From Octopus vulgaris (Eukaryota), in assembly GCA_951406725.2 (NCBI GenBank), contig OX597830.1, forward strand, positions 46,252,001 to 46,316,000: a stretch of DNA of 64,000 bases. The letters run 5' to 3'. Below, piece after piece: positions 1-13,354 of the stretch (position 1 is its first letter; each line of letters begins with the position of its first letter). Made by a program: the position numbers and the translations under genes. Under the pieces are notes generated by a model. It searched no databases, was not told the DNA's origin, and was given only the letters and a program-made list of their open reading frames with translations.

Positions 1-95
1 TGTGCCAGAAGAACAGAACTAAATTGGTAACTAAACTTCATTATGCAGATAATGCCACAGCTAGTATAACTTTAGCAGAAGAACCACAGAAATTA

Positions 96-1346
96 ACAGG
101 TTGTCAAGAAAGTTCTTGCGGTTTTTAACCTTTAAATTCAAGTGCACATATCTCGGCTCAAACAAAAGTTTATTAATCGAAATAAACACCATCAGAATCA
201 ACACACTTTTGCCAACGCAAAACAAGTTTATTGATGCCAGTAGTGTAAAAATCCTGTGATCTGGTGGTGATGAAGTTGTTGCAGGCATGTTTGGTATTGT
301 CTTGGTTTTTGAAGCATTTCCCATGCAGGAAGTTGTTGAGATGCTTGAATAAGTGGTAGTCAGTAGGCAAGAGGTCTGGGGAGTATGGCGGATGAGGCAG
401 AGTTTCGCAGCTCAATTTGTTCAACTTCTGCAGAGTCAGTTGTGCGATGTGCAGCCGAACATTGTCGTGGAGAAGAATTGGTCCTTTTCTATTGACCAAT
501 GCTGGCTGTTGTTGTCAGAGTTTCTTATGCATTTCATCCATTTGCTCACAGTAGTTCTCCGGATGAGACCAACCACAGACCACCAAGCAGTCACTATGAC
601 CTCCTTTTGGTGCAACTTTGGCTTCGGAGAGTGTTGTGGAGCTTTGTCAGCATCCAACTACTGAGCTGAGCGTTACCGGTTGTCGTAAAGAATCCATTTT
701 TCATCACAAAACACAATCCGGTCGAGAAACGGGTCGTTCTTATTGCGTAAAAGAAGGGAAGACGACACTTCAAAACGGCGTTTTTTTTTTTGTTGTCGTT
801 CAATTTGTGTGGCACCCATTTCTCAAGTATTTTTGTTTTTCCAATCTCTTTCAAGTTGTTGGAATTTGTTGTATACGTTACGTCTAATTCAGAAGCAAGC
901 TCTCGAACAGTTGTGCGTGGATTGGCTTCCACTAAGGCTCTTAGTTGATTGTCATCAAAAGCCGATGGTCGACCAGTACGCTTATCATCTTCAAGACTCT
1001 CGTCATCACTACGAAATTTCTTGAACCACCATTGTGCTGCACGTTCATTAGTGGTTCCTGGGTCAAAAGCATCATTGATATCGTGAGCTGTTTCAGCAGC
1101 TTTTCGGCCTAGCTTGAACTGGAATAAGAAAACTGTGCAAATTTACTTTTTGTCCATGTTGTATTCAACGTTCCAGAAAAAATGGCCTAATTATTCAAAA
1201 AGAAAAAGAGTAACACGATTAGATAAAGCGAGAAACGGGCTTTAAAATGATATATAAAGTCAAAGTAATTTAACAAAAATTAATTTGAAAATACATCACT
1301 TAAAACCAAAATTTAAAATTCCACAAGAACTTTCTTGACAACCTAA
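96..1346 (-). mobile_element. Mariner transposon relic (Hsmar1/cecropia-like) with disrupted transposase
   Basis: TIRs AGGTTGTCAAGAAAGTTCTTG (98-) and CAAGAACTTTCTTGACAACCT (-1344), flanked by TA. Broken ORF ~1157->173 with WVPHKL, LLHDN and YSPDLLPTDYHLF. Frameshifts, stops and an internal deletion. Confidence 0.93.
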
Positions 1347-1354
1347 TATATAAA

Positions 1355-2010
1355 AAACATTGGCCTGACCCCCAACACAAGTGAAACAAAGGTTTTGTAC
1401 CAGCAATCACCAAACCCAACCATTCAGGCACATGAACAGATAATAGAAAATGTAGAACACTTCCAGTACCCAAGTGACAAAACACAGATATGGAAAAGGA
1501 GATGCGACACTGAACAAAATGTAAACTTTGCTTACCCAAGAAGAAAATGGGTTTATAAAGATCTTCACACAAGACAGATTACCAAACTTATTGTGTACCA
1601 GGTTCCCGGTTTATGATTAAACTCTCTCTGAACCCTGGACAAGTCATAGGTAGCATTTCAATGAAATGTCTGAGGAAAAGCATGCAGCTTCAACATTGAA
1701 GAGATGTTTGAACAATTGACATCTCTTGTTTTGAAACCATTATTTCATTCAGTTGGCCATGTCAAGAGAAAGCAAAACAATGGTTGCCCAAACAACTGAT
1801 TTCTTCTCATTTGAATGGAGGAAGGCACACACAAGGCAGATAAAAGAAGCTATCCAAAGACATACTGGAAGGAAAGGTAAAAAGAATGTGCCATCAATGT
1901 GTAAAAGTAAGAAATGTAGTCCAGTGGCCCAACACTTTCTGACAGAGGACACTGAACACCTCAACAATAAAAAACAAGTTTAGAAAACAACGTGAAGAGG
2001 ACAACATTGT
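1355..2010 (+). mobile_element. Degenerate LINE (RTE-like) RT C-terminal fragment
   Basis: Peptides IENVEHFQY and TKLIVYQV, plus degenerate WLGHV/RLPKQ-like segments, across frameshifts. Confidence 0.55.
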
Positions 2011-2156
2011 GTTCCAACAAATGTGAGGTTTGTGAATCGTCAGCAGTAAATCTGGTGGATAATAATAATCTGCCGAAGTATTAACAGATAAAGAGCACAC
2101 AAGGAACTGCATGATGTGCCATGATGTGGTTGCTTAACAAAATATGTTATTAGTCA

Positions 2157-2303
2157 TTGCACTGTGTGGTGTTAATTACTGCACACAACGTGGTGTTATT
2201 TACTGCACACAGCGTGGTGTTAATTACTGCACACAGTGTGGTGTTAATTACTGCACACAGTGTGGTGTTAATTACTGCACACAGTGTGGTGTTAATTACT
2301 GCA
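2157..2303. repeat. 24-bp minisatellite, ~6 copies
   Basis: Unit CTGCACACAGTGTGGTGTTAATTA; translates as repeated VVLITAHS. Confidence 0.95.
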
Positions 2304-2719
2304 ATCAGTGAGATTTTAATGCATATGGTTAAAAAGTTTAAGATAGACTAAGAAGGATTTGTAGTGAAGTAATTCTATACGAGCTGAGGTAACGAAAGGT
2401 GGTAATTGGAAGAAGCAGAATTAGAGTTGTATCGTTAAGAAGTTCTCTTCACAATTATATCATTCTGGGTTCATTTCCACTGCATAACACTTTGTCAGCC
2501 ATGGTCTTGGGTTAATCAATATTTTGTAATGAAATATGACAGAGAGACAACGTTGCTAAGCCAATCATACACACATGCACGCACACACACAAATCATCAT
2601 TTTTTTGCCATTAGAAATACAATAAATGAATGCTTGGATCATTGGGAACCTTTAAACAATGATGTTGTCTTTCACAAATTGTGATATAAAATAAATATAA
2701 CATAATATTACATACAACC

Positions 2720-3035
2720 ATAGGCATGGTTGTGTGGCAAGAAGCTTGCTTTCCAACCACATAGTTCCGAGTTCAATCCCATTGCATGGCATCTTGGGAA
2801 AGTGTCTTCTCCCATAGCATAAGGCCAACCAAAGCCTTGTGAGTGGATTTGGTATATGGAAACTGAAAGAAGCCCATTGTATATATGTGTGTGTCTGTGT
2901 CTCCCAACCAGCACTTGACAACTGATGTTGGTGTGTTTACATCCCTGTAACCTAGCAGTTTGGCAAAAAATATCGATAGAATAAGTACTAGGCTAACAAA
3001 GAATAAGTCCTGGGGTTGGTTTCTTCAACCAAAAT
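2720..3035 (+). mobile_element. tRNA-derived SINE
   Basis: tRNA-like head with B box GAGTTCAATCC. Body shared with copies at 15870, 41980, 56745 and 57250. Confidence 0.8.
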
Positions 3036-5702
3036 AATATATGTGTGCACGTGCACGCACGTGTGCGTGTGACATTTACTGATGTATACTGGAGGTTACT
3101 AGTTCAGAAATCTTTAAAACGGTGTTTTATGAATGAAGCCCCTTGAGATATTGATTCTACAGTGGGTTAAAGACACTCCCTTGTCATCAGAAATGCAAAT
3201 AAACCAATGGTTGGTTCATTGGAGACCTGTAACCAATGAGAGAATTGTTTACAAATTGTGACAAAATAAATATAAAGTGTCAATTCTGTTTTTTTTTTTT
3301 TTGAATAAGTACACCATATTCCTGTTTGTTGTAAAGTGGCAATTAAAAGAAGAGGCTTCAGAAAGGGAATCCAGTCATAAAGCATTGTCTCAAAGACTCT
3401 CTCTCACACACACACACACACACACTCAAGTCATGCCTCTAAGAAACAAAAACCAATGTCAAAACAATTTTGATGAAGACAATGATACAAGAGTGGAGGA
3501 AGGGATGGTGCGGTGCAAGCAGAGGAGGATGGGAAACATTGATTAGGGTGATTAGGTTGAATGTTGAGTGATATTAAGATTTGGTGACGAATGGTGAAGA
3601 AAAAAGGACAAGTGAAGGAAGCCATGAGTTTAATATTGCTGGGATGTTGAGGGTGACCGTGTAGTGTTGAGTAAGATGTGGGGTTACAAACAACAGAAGA
3701 GGAGTGAGGCAGAAGAGGAGTTAATGACGAGTGAAATGTGAAAAAAGAGGGAGTACAACATGAAACGGTTTTGTTGGATCCAAGGAAGCATAAACTCACA
3801 GAAGAATTAAAAGGCAGAAATGTGATTTCGCGGACCTCTTTAACCTGTGTCACCAAGAAAAGGGGACAAAAAAGAGAAAAGAAAAAAAAACAGTAAGGGA
3901 AGAAGCTGTAACAATGCAGTAAGTTGTTAAATAAGCAAAAAAAAAAAAAAATTTCCATTTCAAATTAGTAATTGTTGTTGGATCTGTAATTAACAAAGCA
4001 GAGAAAGTTAATTAGTTTATAGCAAAGATTCAATGCAGAATGAAAGGTTAAGATAAAGGTTTCAAATCAGGGGGAAGTAGAGTAATTATATGATGTGTAT
4101 TTGTGTGTGTAATGGTGGCAGGAGAGAGAGAGAGATTAAAGTATGATCTAGACTACTGTTTAAACCCCAAGCCTCCTCAAGGTAATCAAAGACAGTCTAG
4201 TAGTAGCCATCCTGTCATTTTTTTATATCTAGAACTGTACTGTCTAATATGTAGTTTTTTTTTTTTGATTTTTTTTTTTTGTGAGATAGCTGAGTATGAC
4301 CACATGTGGACAATCGAGTGACCATGCGGGAGCTCCCTCGTTGGCTCACAGATTGATGTTGTTATTCTTGGGTCTGGCCATTCACAACCCTATTGAAGCA
4401 AACATATGTTGCAATGGTGACAAACCAAATGATTTGGGATACCACCAAGTGTAGCAGTCGAGGTCTACAATACTTGAATTGGGTTCCAGTTTAGGATTAT
4501 GTTTGTCCCTCGGTCATTTGGACATCCATTTTTATGTCTGCTTCTCCCCCATCTTCATGCTAGCATGGGTTTGACAGATTTACATTGCTGAGGCATTGCT
4601 TTACAGTCAAATGCCCTTCCAACCACTTATCCAAACCTGTTTTCCAAGTAAGGCACTTTTCATTGCACTTGTCTTTGAAAGCCCAGAACAACGACCAAGT
4701 GATTTTTTGACAGGGAATATTGTCTAGAGCTCAGCAATTTCTAACGAGATTCTAGAATGTAAGCACTTGCACAGACAAACACCACATGATAGGCCTTGTA
4801 TAGTTTTCCTCTTCCAAATTCACTCTAAAAGCATTGGTTGGCATTTGTGTGTGTTGAAAGTTTGTCGTTTCTAATTCTTACATGAGATTCCCTGGGCAAA
4901 GAATGGTGTTGTCAGGTTTATATTCCTCAAGAACATCATTACATCTTGTAGCTCTGAACTTTTGAAGTAAAGGAATACAAACTCCATTACTTGTATCAAT
5001 GGAAGAGCCTCCAGCTGTAAAAAGCTCTGGCTCAACTAAATACTCATCAAACCCATGCCAACATACAAAAAAAAAAAGAGACACAGACATAAATGAATGA
5101 TCAAATAAACAATAGATGACATGATGGTTGCATGAAAGCCATTGATTCTTCATATCAGACTGGAAAAGCTCATTCTGATGTCCACTGGCTCATCTATCCC
5201 ATAGTATTCAGTCACTGACTGAGCAGGCAACATGTATTAGCAATTCTGTTTAAAATAATGCTAGGGGTCACAACAGAGATCAACAAGTTCTACTTGCTTT
5301 TATTGGGTTCGGTTTTGATTCTTTAGAATTCTACTAATGGTTGTTGGTGACCACCACCACCAAACATAGAGCAGGGAGTACAACAGCTGCAGCAACTGTC
5401 TTGATGCAAAAGTATCACAACTCAAACACCAAAGACAGAATGATTCTACCAAAACACTCCATAGTTTTAAAGTGGCAACCAGACCTTTCTAACGTTTTTA
5501 AAAGGGAGAGGACATGTGAGGAATCCTAAATTTCAGGAAAATATGGCCACAGTAAGGACAAAATGACCACAGCCGAAAGATGACCAAACAATGAGATTGT
5601 TCAGTACAGGATTTGTTTAATGCATGCAATGTTAGTCTGCACGGCTTGGTGACAGTCACGCACACTGTGCAGCAACAGAACAGAGATGGGTTTTAGTTAA
5701 TA

Positions 5703-5999
5703 CAATGGAACCTTGGTTTACGAATGTCTCTCATCAAAAACAAAGCAGTTTACAAACAATTTTTCAAGCATGAAACATCTTGAGTGACAACCAGTGTCAC
5801 AAGTAATGAAGCAAGTTGATTGTAAGCTTACAGGAAAGTGTCAACTACCATCTAGATTTTGGTCAATACACATCCCAACTTGAATTTGCTGTTCCTTTTC
5901 TTAAATCTGCTTATAGGGAAAATAGTTTCAGTTTACGAACATTTCAGGTGACAAATGACCTTCAGGAATTAATTAAATTCGTAAACCAAGGTTTCATTG
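5703..5999. mobile_element. Tigger/pogo-like MITE
   Basis: 22-bp TIRs CAATGGAACCTTGGTTTACGAA / TTCGTAAACCAAGGTTTCATTG with TA duplications at 5701-5702 and 6000-6001. Confidence 0.88.
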
Positions 6000-6142
6000 T
6001 AGATGCAGTGTGGTTTTAGTACATAAGGTGTAGTGTTGGTTAATACAATGTGATATTATTTATTTCAGACAGTGTATTAGTATTAGTTAATGAATAGAAT
6101 ACGGTATATCATACTATTGTATCTCTATTGTAGCATCTTTAA

Positions 6143-6364
6143 CCCTTTCGTTACTGTATTTATTTTGAGATGCTCTGTGTTTCTCTCAATTATTTTAGAT
6201 ATAACAAAGAATTTAGTAAAATAACTTAGTTATCATTAAGCTAGTGTTAAGAACAATAAATTATGACTAAGGTTTAGTGGAAGATTTTAATTCAGAACCT
6301 ATGAAAACAGGACATTTGTACTACAGAGCCAGAGGTGGTTCCAGCCAGGTTGGTAACGAAAGGG
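6143..6364. mobile_element. piggyBac-type MITE, family A (222 bp)
   Basis: TTAA-CCCTTTCGTTAC ... GTAACGAAAGGG-TTAA. A reversed, truncated second copy lies at ~51480-51686. Confidence 0.9.
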
Positions 6365-7879
6365 TTAAAGTAGGATCTGTAATGTGTTGTGTGTAGGTAT
6401 TTGCATTGAGCATCTACTGTGAAGTGAGTAGAACTGATTTATGGCAAAGGAACGTAAATGCATTCTTTGCTCTAAAAGAAGGGAAAATAGAAAGCAGAAG
6501 ATGAAAACCAAAGAAATTAGAGAAGCTAAACAGAAATAAAAAGAAAAACGAAAATTAAGAAAAAGACAATGCAAAAGAAAGTAAATAAATAAATATATTC
6601 TTTTAATATTTTATTAGGTAACTTTGTTCTTTTTAATTTTTTTGGTTTTTTTTTTTAGAATTTTTAGTAGCAAACGGTTAAAGAAGCTTTAGTACAGTCA
6701 TATAAAAGTCAGGCGAGTTTTCAGAACTTTGAAGCAAGCAAAAGAAAATTATAAAAGAAAGAACTTATAAGGATGAAGGTACAAAGGGCAAAATTAAGGA
6801 AATTTTGATTTAAAGAAGAAAAGCAGAAAATAGGTGGGGGAGTGGGGGTAGACAATTGCATAAAATTGCAATTCATTTAAATAAATTTAACTGAGCACTC
6901 ATTGTTCTACTGCTTTTAATTTTTTTACAATTCCCAGAAGGATTGTGTAAGTATTATGTAGAACTGTTCTTACTGTCAAAGATTTGGACATTTTGCAGTC
7001 TAAACATGAACTGTAGTAATGATGACCAGGTTTTCATAAACCTTTAAATTTTGTTGTCAATGAGACAAGTTGGCACAAGATATTCAGAAAGTTTATAGAC
7101 ACAACAACATTGGAATGTGGTTCTCTATCAGTTTACTTTAGATGAAAGTGGAATATTATTAGCTGCTCAAGACTAGGATTTGCTAACGAAGCAATTAAAC
7201 TCATATTTATAGTTTTTGGGGTTTTTTCTTTAAGATCAGGTTAGTTTAGAACTAAAATATTTAGTTTATTTTTTAAAATTAAGATCACTTTAAAATGTTT
7301 AAAATGTACTTCTTATAAGAAATACAGTTCTATTAATTTCAAATGAAAAATAATTTGAAATTTAAAAGTAGGACTGCAGAGAGGTCAACATGAAAATGGT
7401 TTCAGTGTATGCGTATTATTGTTTTATTCTAAATTCAACTCCAGATGACAAACATATGTCAAAACTTACCTTTATCTTATGGCTAGAAACAGTCAAACAT
7501 AAATTTGGCAAGAATAGTTTAAAGAATTTTGTTGTTGCTGTTTTGGTTTTGTTTATATTGTTGTTATTTCATTTTATTTTCCTTCTCAAAACAAACAAAA
7601 AAAAGGCCATTATTTCACTTTAGTTTGGTGAATTTCTTTTGGGAAATAAACAAAACACACATGCACTCCTGTTTATATTAGCTTATCCATGATTATGTAC
7701 ACAGCACAAGTAAACAAACACACACTGCATTCCCTGACTGCACATGTAAGCTCTGCTTCTCGCAACCAAATAGTCTAGCAGTTAATAAAGTTAAAAGTTG
7801 CAGTTAAAGAAAAGATGAGGAAGTAAAGGGCGGCAGCAGCAGCAGCAGAAATTAAGAGGAATTAGAAAGGCTTGTTAGA

Positions 7880-9043
7880 TCATACGGCTGATTCGTAAGA
7901 GAACGTTTGATAGTAGAAAGGCTGGTTGTTGGGGTACGGTAGATTTGGAGAAGTAGGAGAGACTGGTGTTTTGGCTTCAGATTCCTCTACAGAGTGAAAA
8001 TGTTTGGAAGAGTTTTTCTTATGAAGAAACGGCAATGAGAATGTGAGTGGGGAAACAGGGGATGTGGGAGTGGCAGCAGAATTGCGAAGTTTGGAGAAGA
8101 ATTTTTTAGGGTTAGATTTTTTAAAAACTGGGATGGAAATGGAGTTTGGATGAAAAAGATCTTTCTCATGATTGGAAGATGATGAAGATTCGGAACAGTC
8201 AATGTTTGGAGTACTGACCTTAACGGAATTGCTCTCCTTAATGAGCACAATTTCCTCTTCCTCCTCATCTTCACCACAAATGCCCACTTCATAGGCAACA
8301 ATTGAAGCATGGTCAAGTTTGCCAGGAGCCTTAGACATCTGTTCAACAATTTGTGAGTCTCTACGCTTACGCTCCTTCGAAGTCATTTTTTTCTTTCTAT
8401 ATAACTCTGGATTTTCAAGAATTTTTCTTTTGGAATCAGTCAAAGTTAATACATGCTGCACAAGGGCTCCACAGAGTTCCTGAGCAGAACATGTCTCTTC
8501 AGTTAATAGCTCATGTTCATGAATTATTCGTTCCATTTCTTTTAGTGCATAGATATGTCGTTCTTGTGGTTCCATCATAGGTTTATCTTCAAAAGTATCA
8601 GGGGTCGTTGGCAGAGCATCATTAGAGTTGTTATCAGTGTTCTTCCGTGGAATGGCAACTTTGGTGACAACAGGGTCAAAGTTGTCTGAGATCCCGTCAG
8701 TTGTGAGGAAAACCACATCACCTTTATTCACAAAAGTCAAAGAGCAGGTGAGATTTTGTAATTCCGGGTTTTCTCCATCGACAGGACCAATTGCTCCCCC
8801 AGCATCACGGATATCACGTTCAGATGCTACATCATGAGAACCAACTGTGATTTCTCGAATTCCATTGTTTTTGCTGAAAACGTAGGCAAAACTGTCTCCA
8901 ACATTAACACAACATACAGCAAAATCAGCAGAATTGTAGACTGGACAAATGAGGCAGACGCATAATGTCGTCAAGCCCCCTTCTTTCTTTAAGATGGTTC
9001 TGTGAGCAGCATCCATAGACGTACGTAATATTTCCAATGCTTC
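7880..9043 (-). CDS. PP2C-like domain protein (CG9801-like), last coding exon
   Basis: 385-aa ORF with PP2C/PPM motifs GGLTTL, CVNVGDS, VVFLTTDGISDNFDP, GKLDHASIVAY. Acceptor tttgtag|GAA at 9043 (phase 0). Stop at 7880. C-terminus YESAV. Confidence 0.93.
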   Translation of the reverse strand, partial: EALEILRTSMDAAHRTILKKEGGLTTLCVCLICPVYNSADFAVCCVNVGDSFAYVFSKNNGIREITVGSHDVASERDIRDAGGAIGPVDGENPELQNLTCSLTFVNKGDVVFLTTDGISDNFDPVVTKVAIPRKNTDNNSNDALPTTPDTFEDKPMMEPQERHIYALKEMERIIHEHELLTEETCSAQELCGALVQHVLTLTDSKRKILENPELYRKKKMTSKERKRRDSQIVEQMSKAPGKLDHASIVAYEVGICGEDEEEEEIVLIKESNSVKVSTPNIDCSESSSSSNHEKDLFHPNSISIPVFKKSNPKKFFSKLRNSAATPTSPVSPLTFSLPFLHKKNSSKHFHSVEESEAKTPVSPTSPNLPYPNNQPFYYQTFSYESAV

Positions 9044-10369
9044 CTACAAAGACATACCAAGAGTAAATAATATCAGATATTCTAGGATTAAAAAATTAAG
9101 AAATAAAAAAAAAAATGAATAACATTTTAAATATATAAATAAAAATTTGAGAAGCCCAGAAGTTAGGGCTTTTAAAACACTGAAACAGTTCCATGTAATT
9201 TTCAATGAAGAATATTTGAACAAGAAAAATTATGTAACTCAGCATATGGAATTTGGATTAACAAAAAAATAATTTTCAGTAAAAATCTATGTAAAGGACA
9301 TAAATGTAACATTGCTGCAATTTCAACCTGATTTTGACAGATTTAGCTTTGGAACAGGCAGAAGTCTGTCTCTCACATTGTTTTGCAGATCTGTAAATGT
9401 TATAATATTTGGTTTAAATATTTGTCAATAATTATATGAGAAAAATTAAACAACCTTCTGATATTGACACAGGTATCAACAATTTCAGACAGAATGGCAT
9501 TTGGGAATCTAACCAAAAGAAACCTGAAATTATGATCTTTTACAACTGAAAAATTACGCCTAAAATAGCAGGGCTAAATAAATATTCTTATAATAGAACC
9601 AGCAACATTTCTTTTTCAGCCTTTACCGATTCTTTGAAGTGGAAAATATGACCAAACTTAATTCTAACTCAATCTTGAAAGTAGTTTATTTCTCCTCTGT
9701 TTTCTGATAATTAAGAGGAATTTATAAAAATGACAAGTTTGCGAAAGGGGAAATAACTGCTGACAGACTAAATCTGTAGATCAACCTATCAGAATAGCAT
9801 TGGAGAAGCTGTTATTACCTGCAGTCAGAAATGCCACTCCACGGTTCTGTCCTGGTGGATATTTTCTACAATTAAACTACGTAACTGACCTGGAACTCTT
9901 GAGAAAGAATTACCAACTGAATGCTTCTTGGTGGCCCAAACTCATGCCAAATGAATATTTAGGCTTCAAGCCAACAGGGGAGCCCCTATGTAGTTACTCA
10001 ACATGGTAAACATAGCAGCCAGATCGCTCCCAATTCAATCCTTACTCATATTAAAAAAGGAAACATTAAATGATGGACTTCTAGATACACTGTCGATTGA
10101 TAGCATAGCTAAAGCAGTGTTCAAAATGCCTTGCACTATTTCTTGTGACTCTTTACACTGAATTCAAACTCCACAAAGATCTATTTTGCCTTTCCCCTTT
10201 CTGGCATTAATTAAAGAAAGAACCAGTCTCAAACAATTCATAGGTTCTTAGCAAAAGAGAGAAATCTTGCTTGGAATTTATTTTCAGACATTAATTAAAT
10301 AAAAAAAAAAGCATATCCCTTCCCCATCCTCTTAACATTTAGTTTCAGCCACATCATTCACTCTTTTAA

Positions 10370-10512
10370 TATTAAATTCTGCCAAGGTTAACTTTGCCTT
10401 CCATCCTTTTGGGGTTGATAAATTAAGTACCAGTCGCATACTGGAGTCGATCTAATTGATTGCCCAGCCCACTCCCCAAAAATTTCAGGCCTTGTGTCTA
10501 GGGCAGAAGAGA
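10370..10512 (+). mobile_element. SINE fragment (same family as 11716, 27910, 59871)
   Basis: CTTTGCCTTCCATCCTTTTGGGGTTGATAAATTAAGTACCAGT is the reverse complement of the 11716 family core. Confidence 0.75.
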
Positions 10513-11287
10513 ATATTTATAGACATAACTGTTTTGACATTCAGTTTCATTAGTACAAAATATTGAAATGCATATTAATAATATTATTATATTAGGCAAG
10601 AATCAAATAAGAAAAGCTAGAAATTAATAGTTAAATAAAAATCATCACCATTATAATTTAATGTCTCTCATCCATGCTGGCATGGGTTGGACAGTTTGAG
10701 AGGAGCTGGTCAACCTGGGGACTGCAATAAGCTCCATTGTCTGCTTTGGCAGGGTTTTTACAGTTGGATGCCCTTCCTAACACCAACCACTTTACAGAAT
10801 AAACTGGGTGCCTTTCACATGGCACCAGCACCATTTAAACTTAGACCCTCTCTCTCTCTTAGAACTCTTTAGTCTAATCCAAGACAACCGCTTTAGTGCC
10901 AGTGGCATGATAAAAGACACCTGGTCTAAGCTGTAAAATGGTTGGTGCTAGGAGAAGCATCCAACCTTAGGAGGAACCATGTCAAAAGTAAGAACTCATA
11001 CAACCATAAAGTAATCTGGTTTTCATGTTTTGCCGATCGAATGGCAAAGGTCTGCAGTCTTTTATAGTCATTTTATATCACACATTTTATATATTACCCT
11101 ATAACTGGCAGAAATTATATTCCTAATAAGCTTATGGCTATCCATGGAAAGAACCCTTATATTAATAAGTTTAAGGTATTGGGTGCCTGCTAAATGCATC
11201 TAATGTGAAAGATTTTACCAACTGGACTTGCAGAGTTTGTAGGCAAAGTGTAACTTCTTACACTTGTGTCACTCATAAACACCATAC

Positions 11288-11469
11288 CTGTGTACTAGCT
11301 GGCTGGGTTTTTTCTTGAAACAGCTTACGATTAATATACTCCATGCTGCCATATAGGGCACAGCGGGCAGCCAGGCGAGACTTCTCACCCCAATTCACAC
11401 CGTCGGCGATGAGCATAATGGCATTATTTTTTCGGCAACAAATTGCAAAAGCATCGGCAATTGGATCAC
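11288..11469 (-). CDS. PP2C-like (CG9801-like) internal exon
   Basis: ctttcag|GT GAT CCA... translates [38 protein letters not shown]...STQ|gtatgg. 182 nt, phase 1 in and phase 0 out, matching both neighbours. ADGVNWG is the family signature. Confidence 0.92.
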
Positions 11470-11715
11470 CTGAAAGACAAGGGAGGTAATTACATATATT
11501 TTAAAATGAAAGTTCAAAGACAAAGGAAAAAAATGTTTCATACAAATTAAGTGATAATGTGGGTAAATGCGAATTATAATTCAAATAAAAGCAATAATGC
11601 AATGAATATTGGTAAAGAAGATAATAGAATGGTTGATAAACTGACACATCAATTAAAAGTGGAATTTGATATACAGAAATTCAAAATGTGATAAAACATT
11701 ATGTGAAACTAATAT

Positions 11716-12118
11716 TTTTTTTTCTACTCTAAGCACAAAGCCTGACATTTTTGGGGAGGGAGCCAGTTGATTACATCGATCGCAGTGCATAACTGGTACT
11801 TAATTTATCGAGCCCGAAAGGATGAAAAGCAAAGTCGACCTCGGCGGAATTTGAACTCAGAACATAATGGCAGACAAAATACCTATTTCTTTACTACCCA
11901 CAAGGGGCTAAACACAGAGAGGACATACAAGGACAGACAAACGGATTAAGTCGATTATATCAACTCCAGTGCATAACTGGTACTTAATTTATCGACCCTG
12001 AAAGGATGAAAAGGCAAAGTAGACCTCAGCAAAATTTGAACTCAGAAAGTAAAGATAGACAAAATGCCGCTAAGCATTTCACCTGGCATGCTAACATTTC
12101 TGCCAGTTTGCTGCCTTA
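11716..12118 (-). mobile_element. Composite (nested or tandem) tRNA-derived SINE with 15-bp TSD
   Basis: Two copies of the ACTGGTACTTAATTTATCGA...GAATTTGAACTC core. TSD ATGTGAAACTAATAT at 11701-11715 and 12119-12133. Confidence 0.85.
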
Positions 12119-12462
12119 ATGTGAAACTAATATCAAGACAAGTGACGAGTATGGGGAAAAATAGCAAATCTCAAAATATGGATGCCATAGATATAGAAAT
12201 ATGAAGTTTTAACAGGTATAAACAGGAAGCATTTATTTACTGAACATTACCTGTTAGTTCCAGCTTTTATTGTTGAAGATTGGCTTTTGTTTCTGTTATA
12301 GATTTATAAAAGTGTTTCACTAATTTGTTGGAAATCCCATAAATAAGATTATCTTATTTGATGAACACAACAGATATTCCACAGTTAACCACTTCTCACC
12401 ATTAAAATGCCTTCTTTCTTTTAGCAACAAAATTTTACAAGTTACCCATTTTATCATCTGTC

Positions 12463-12660
12463 TGGCACCTGTGCGGGCGGCACGTAAAAAGCACCCACTA
12501 CACTCACGGAGTGGTTGGCGTTAGGAAGGGCATCCAGCCGTAGAAACACTGCCAGATCTGACTAGGCCTGATGAAGCCTTCTGGCTTCACAGACCCCAGT
12601 TGAACCGTCCAACCCATGCTAGCATGGAAAACGGACGCTAAACGATGATGATGATCATCA
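12463..12660 (+). mobile_element. RTE-tailed SINE or non-autonomous retroelement
   Basis: AAAAGCACCCACTACACTC...GTTAGGAAGGGCATCCAGC...CCAACCCATGCTAGCATGGAAAACGGACG followed by a (GAT)n tail. More than ten copies in the window. Confidence 0.85.
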
Positions 12661-13354
12661 TCATCATCATCAGCAGCAGCAGCAGTGGCAGTAGTAGTAT
12701 GGGGACATGTGTTGTAACAGCTTTTTTTGGTGGATGATGTGTTTGCAGCACTTGGGTGGCAATCCTCCAGGCCATGGATCTGTTTGGGGTAGTTGTTGCT
12801 GGTGAGGGTTAAAATCCTACCTCAATCTCTTTTAGTCGCTTTTTGCAAGAGAGAGAAAACTGATATACCAGTCCCCACAGAGCCCTAGAGAAATATGAAA
12901 TGACACAATGTGCCACCTCGTCTGGGAATTGAACCCACAATCTAACAATCATATGTGCAACACCCTAACCACTAGGCCATACACCTTCACATTTTCTCGT
13001 TACTTCCCCTAATTAGAGGATAAGTCTAAACACTTGGCAGATGTTCCAGCATGTCTACTACCATCTTAGAATATAGAAAGGCTCTGAATCAACGAGAATA
13101 TGAGACACAGGTCAAATGGGATAAGGCACAGACCTATGGGGTGGGGTAGGGAGCAATCTCTTACGAGGGAGTGTTTAATGTTGATTAATGCCAGGTCAAC
13201 TGAGAACAAATGGACTTATGGCACACAGATGGCTTAATGTCTAGGTTCAAAATACAGGTTTGTTGCTCTGGATTTAACAAAGCTTCACACCTAAATACTC
13301 CAAAATAAAATAAAATAAAAGAGAAAATATATCCAGAAAAAAAAGAAGACTTAC

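Noticed and set aside
173-932. SETMAR-like domesticated gene
   Set aside because: The transposase is broken by stops, frameshifts and a deletion, retains TIRs, and has no SET domain; it is an ordinary dead mariner.
3431-3958. 175-aa ORF (and the similar 38268-38732 ORF)
   Set aside because: Low-complexity pyrimidine-rich strand. Possibly very old retroelement remnants, but no recognisable motif.
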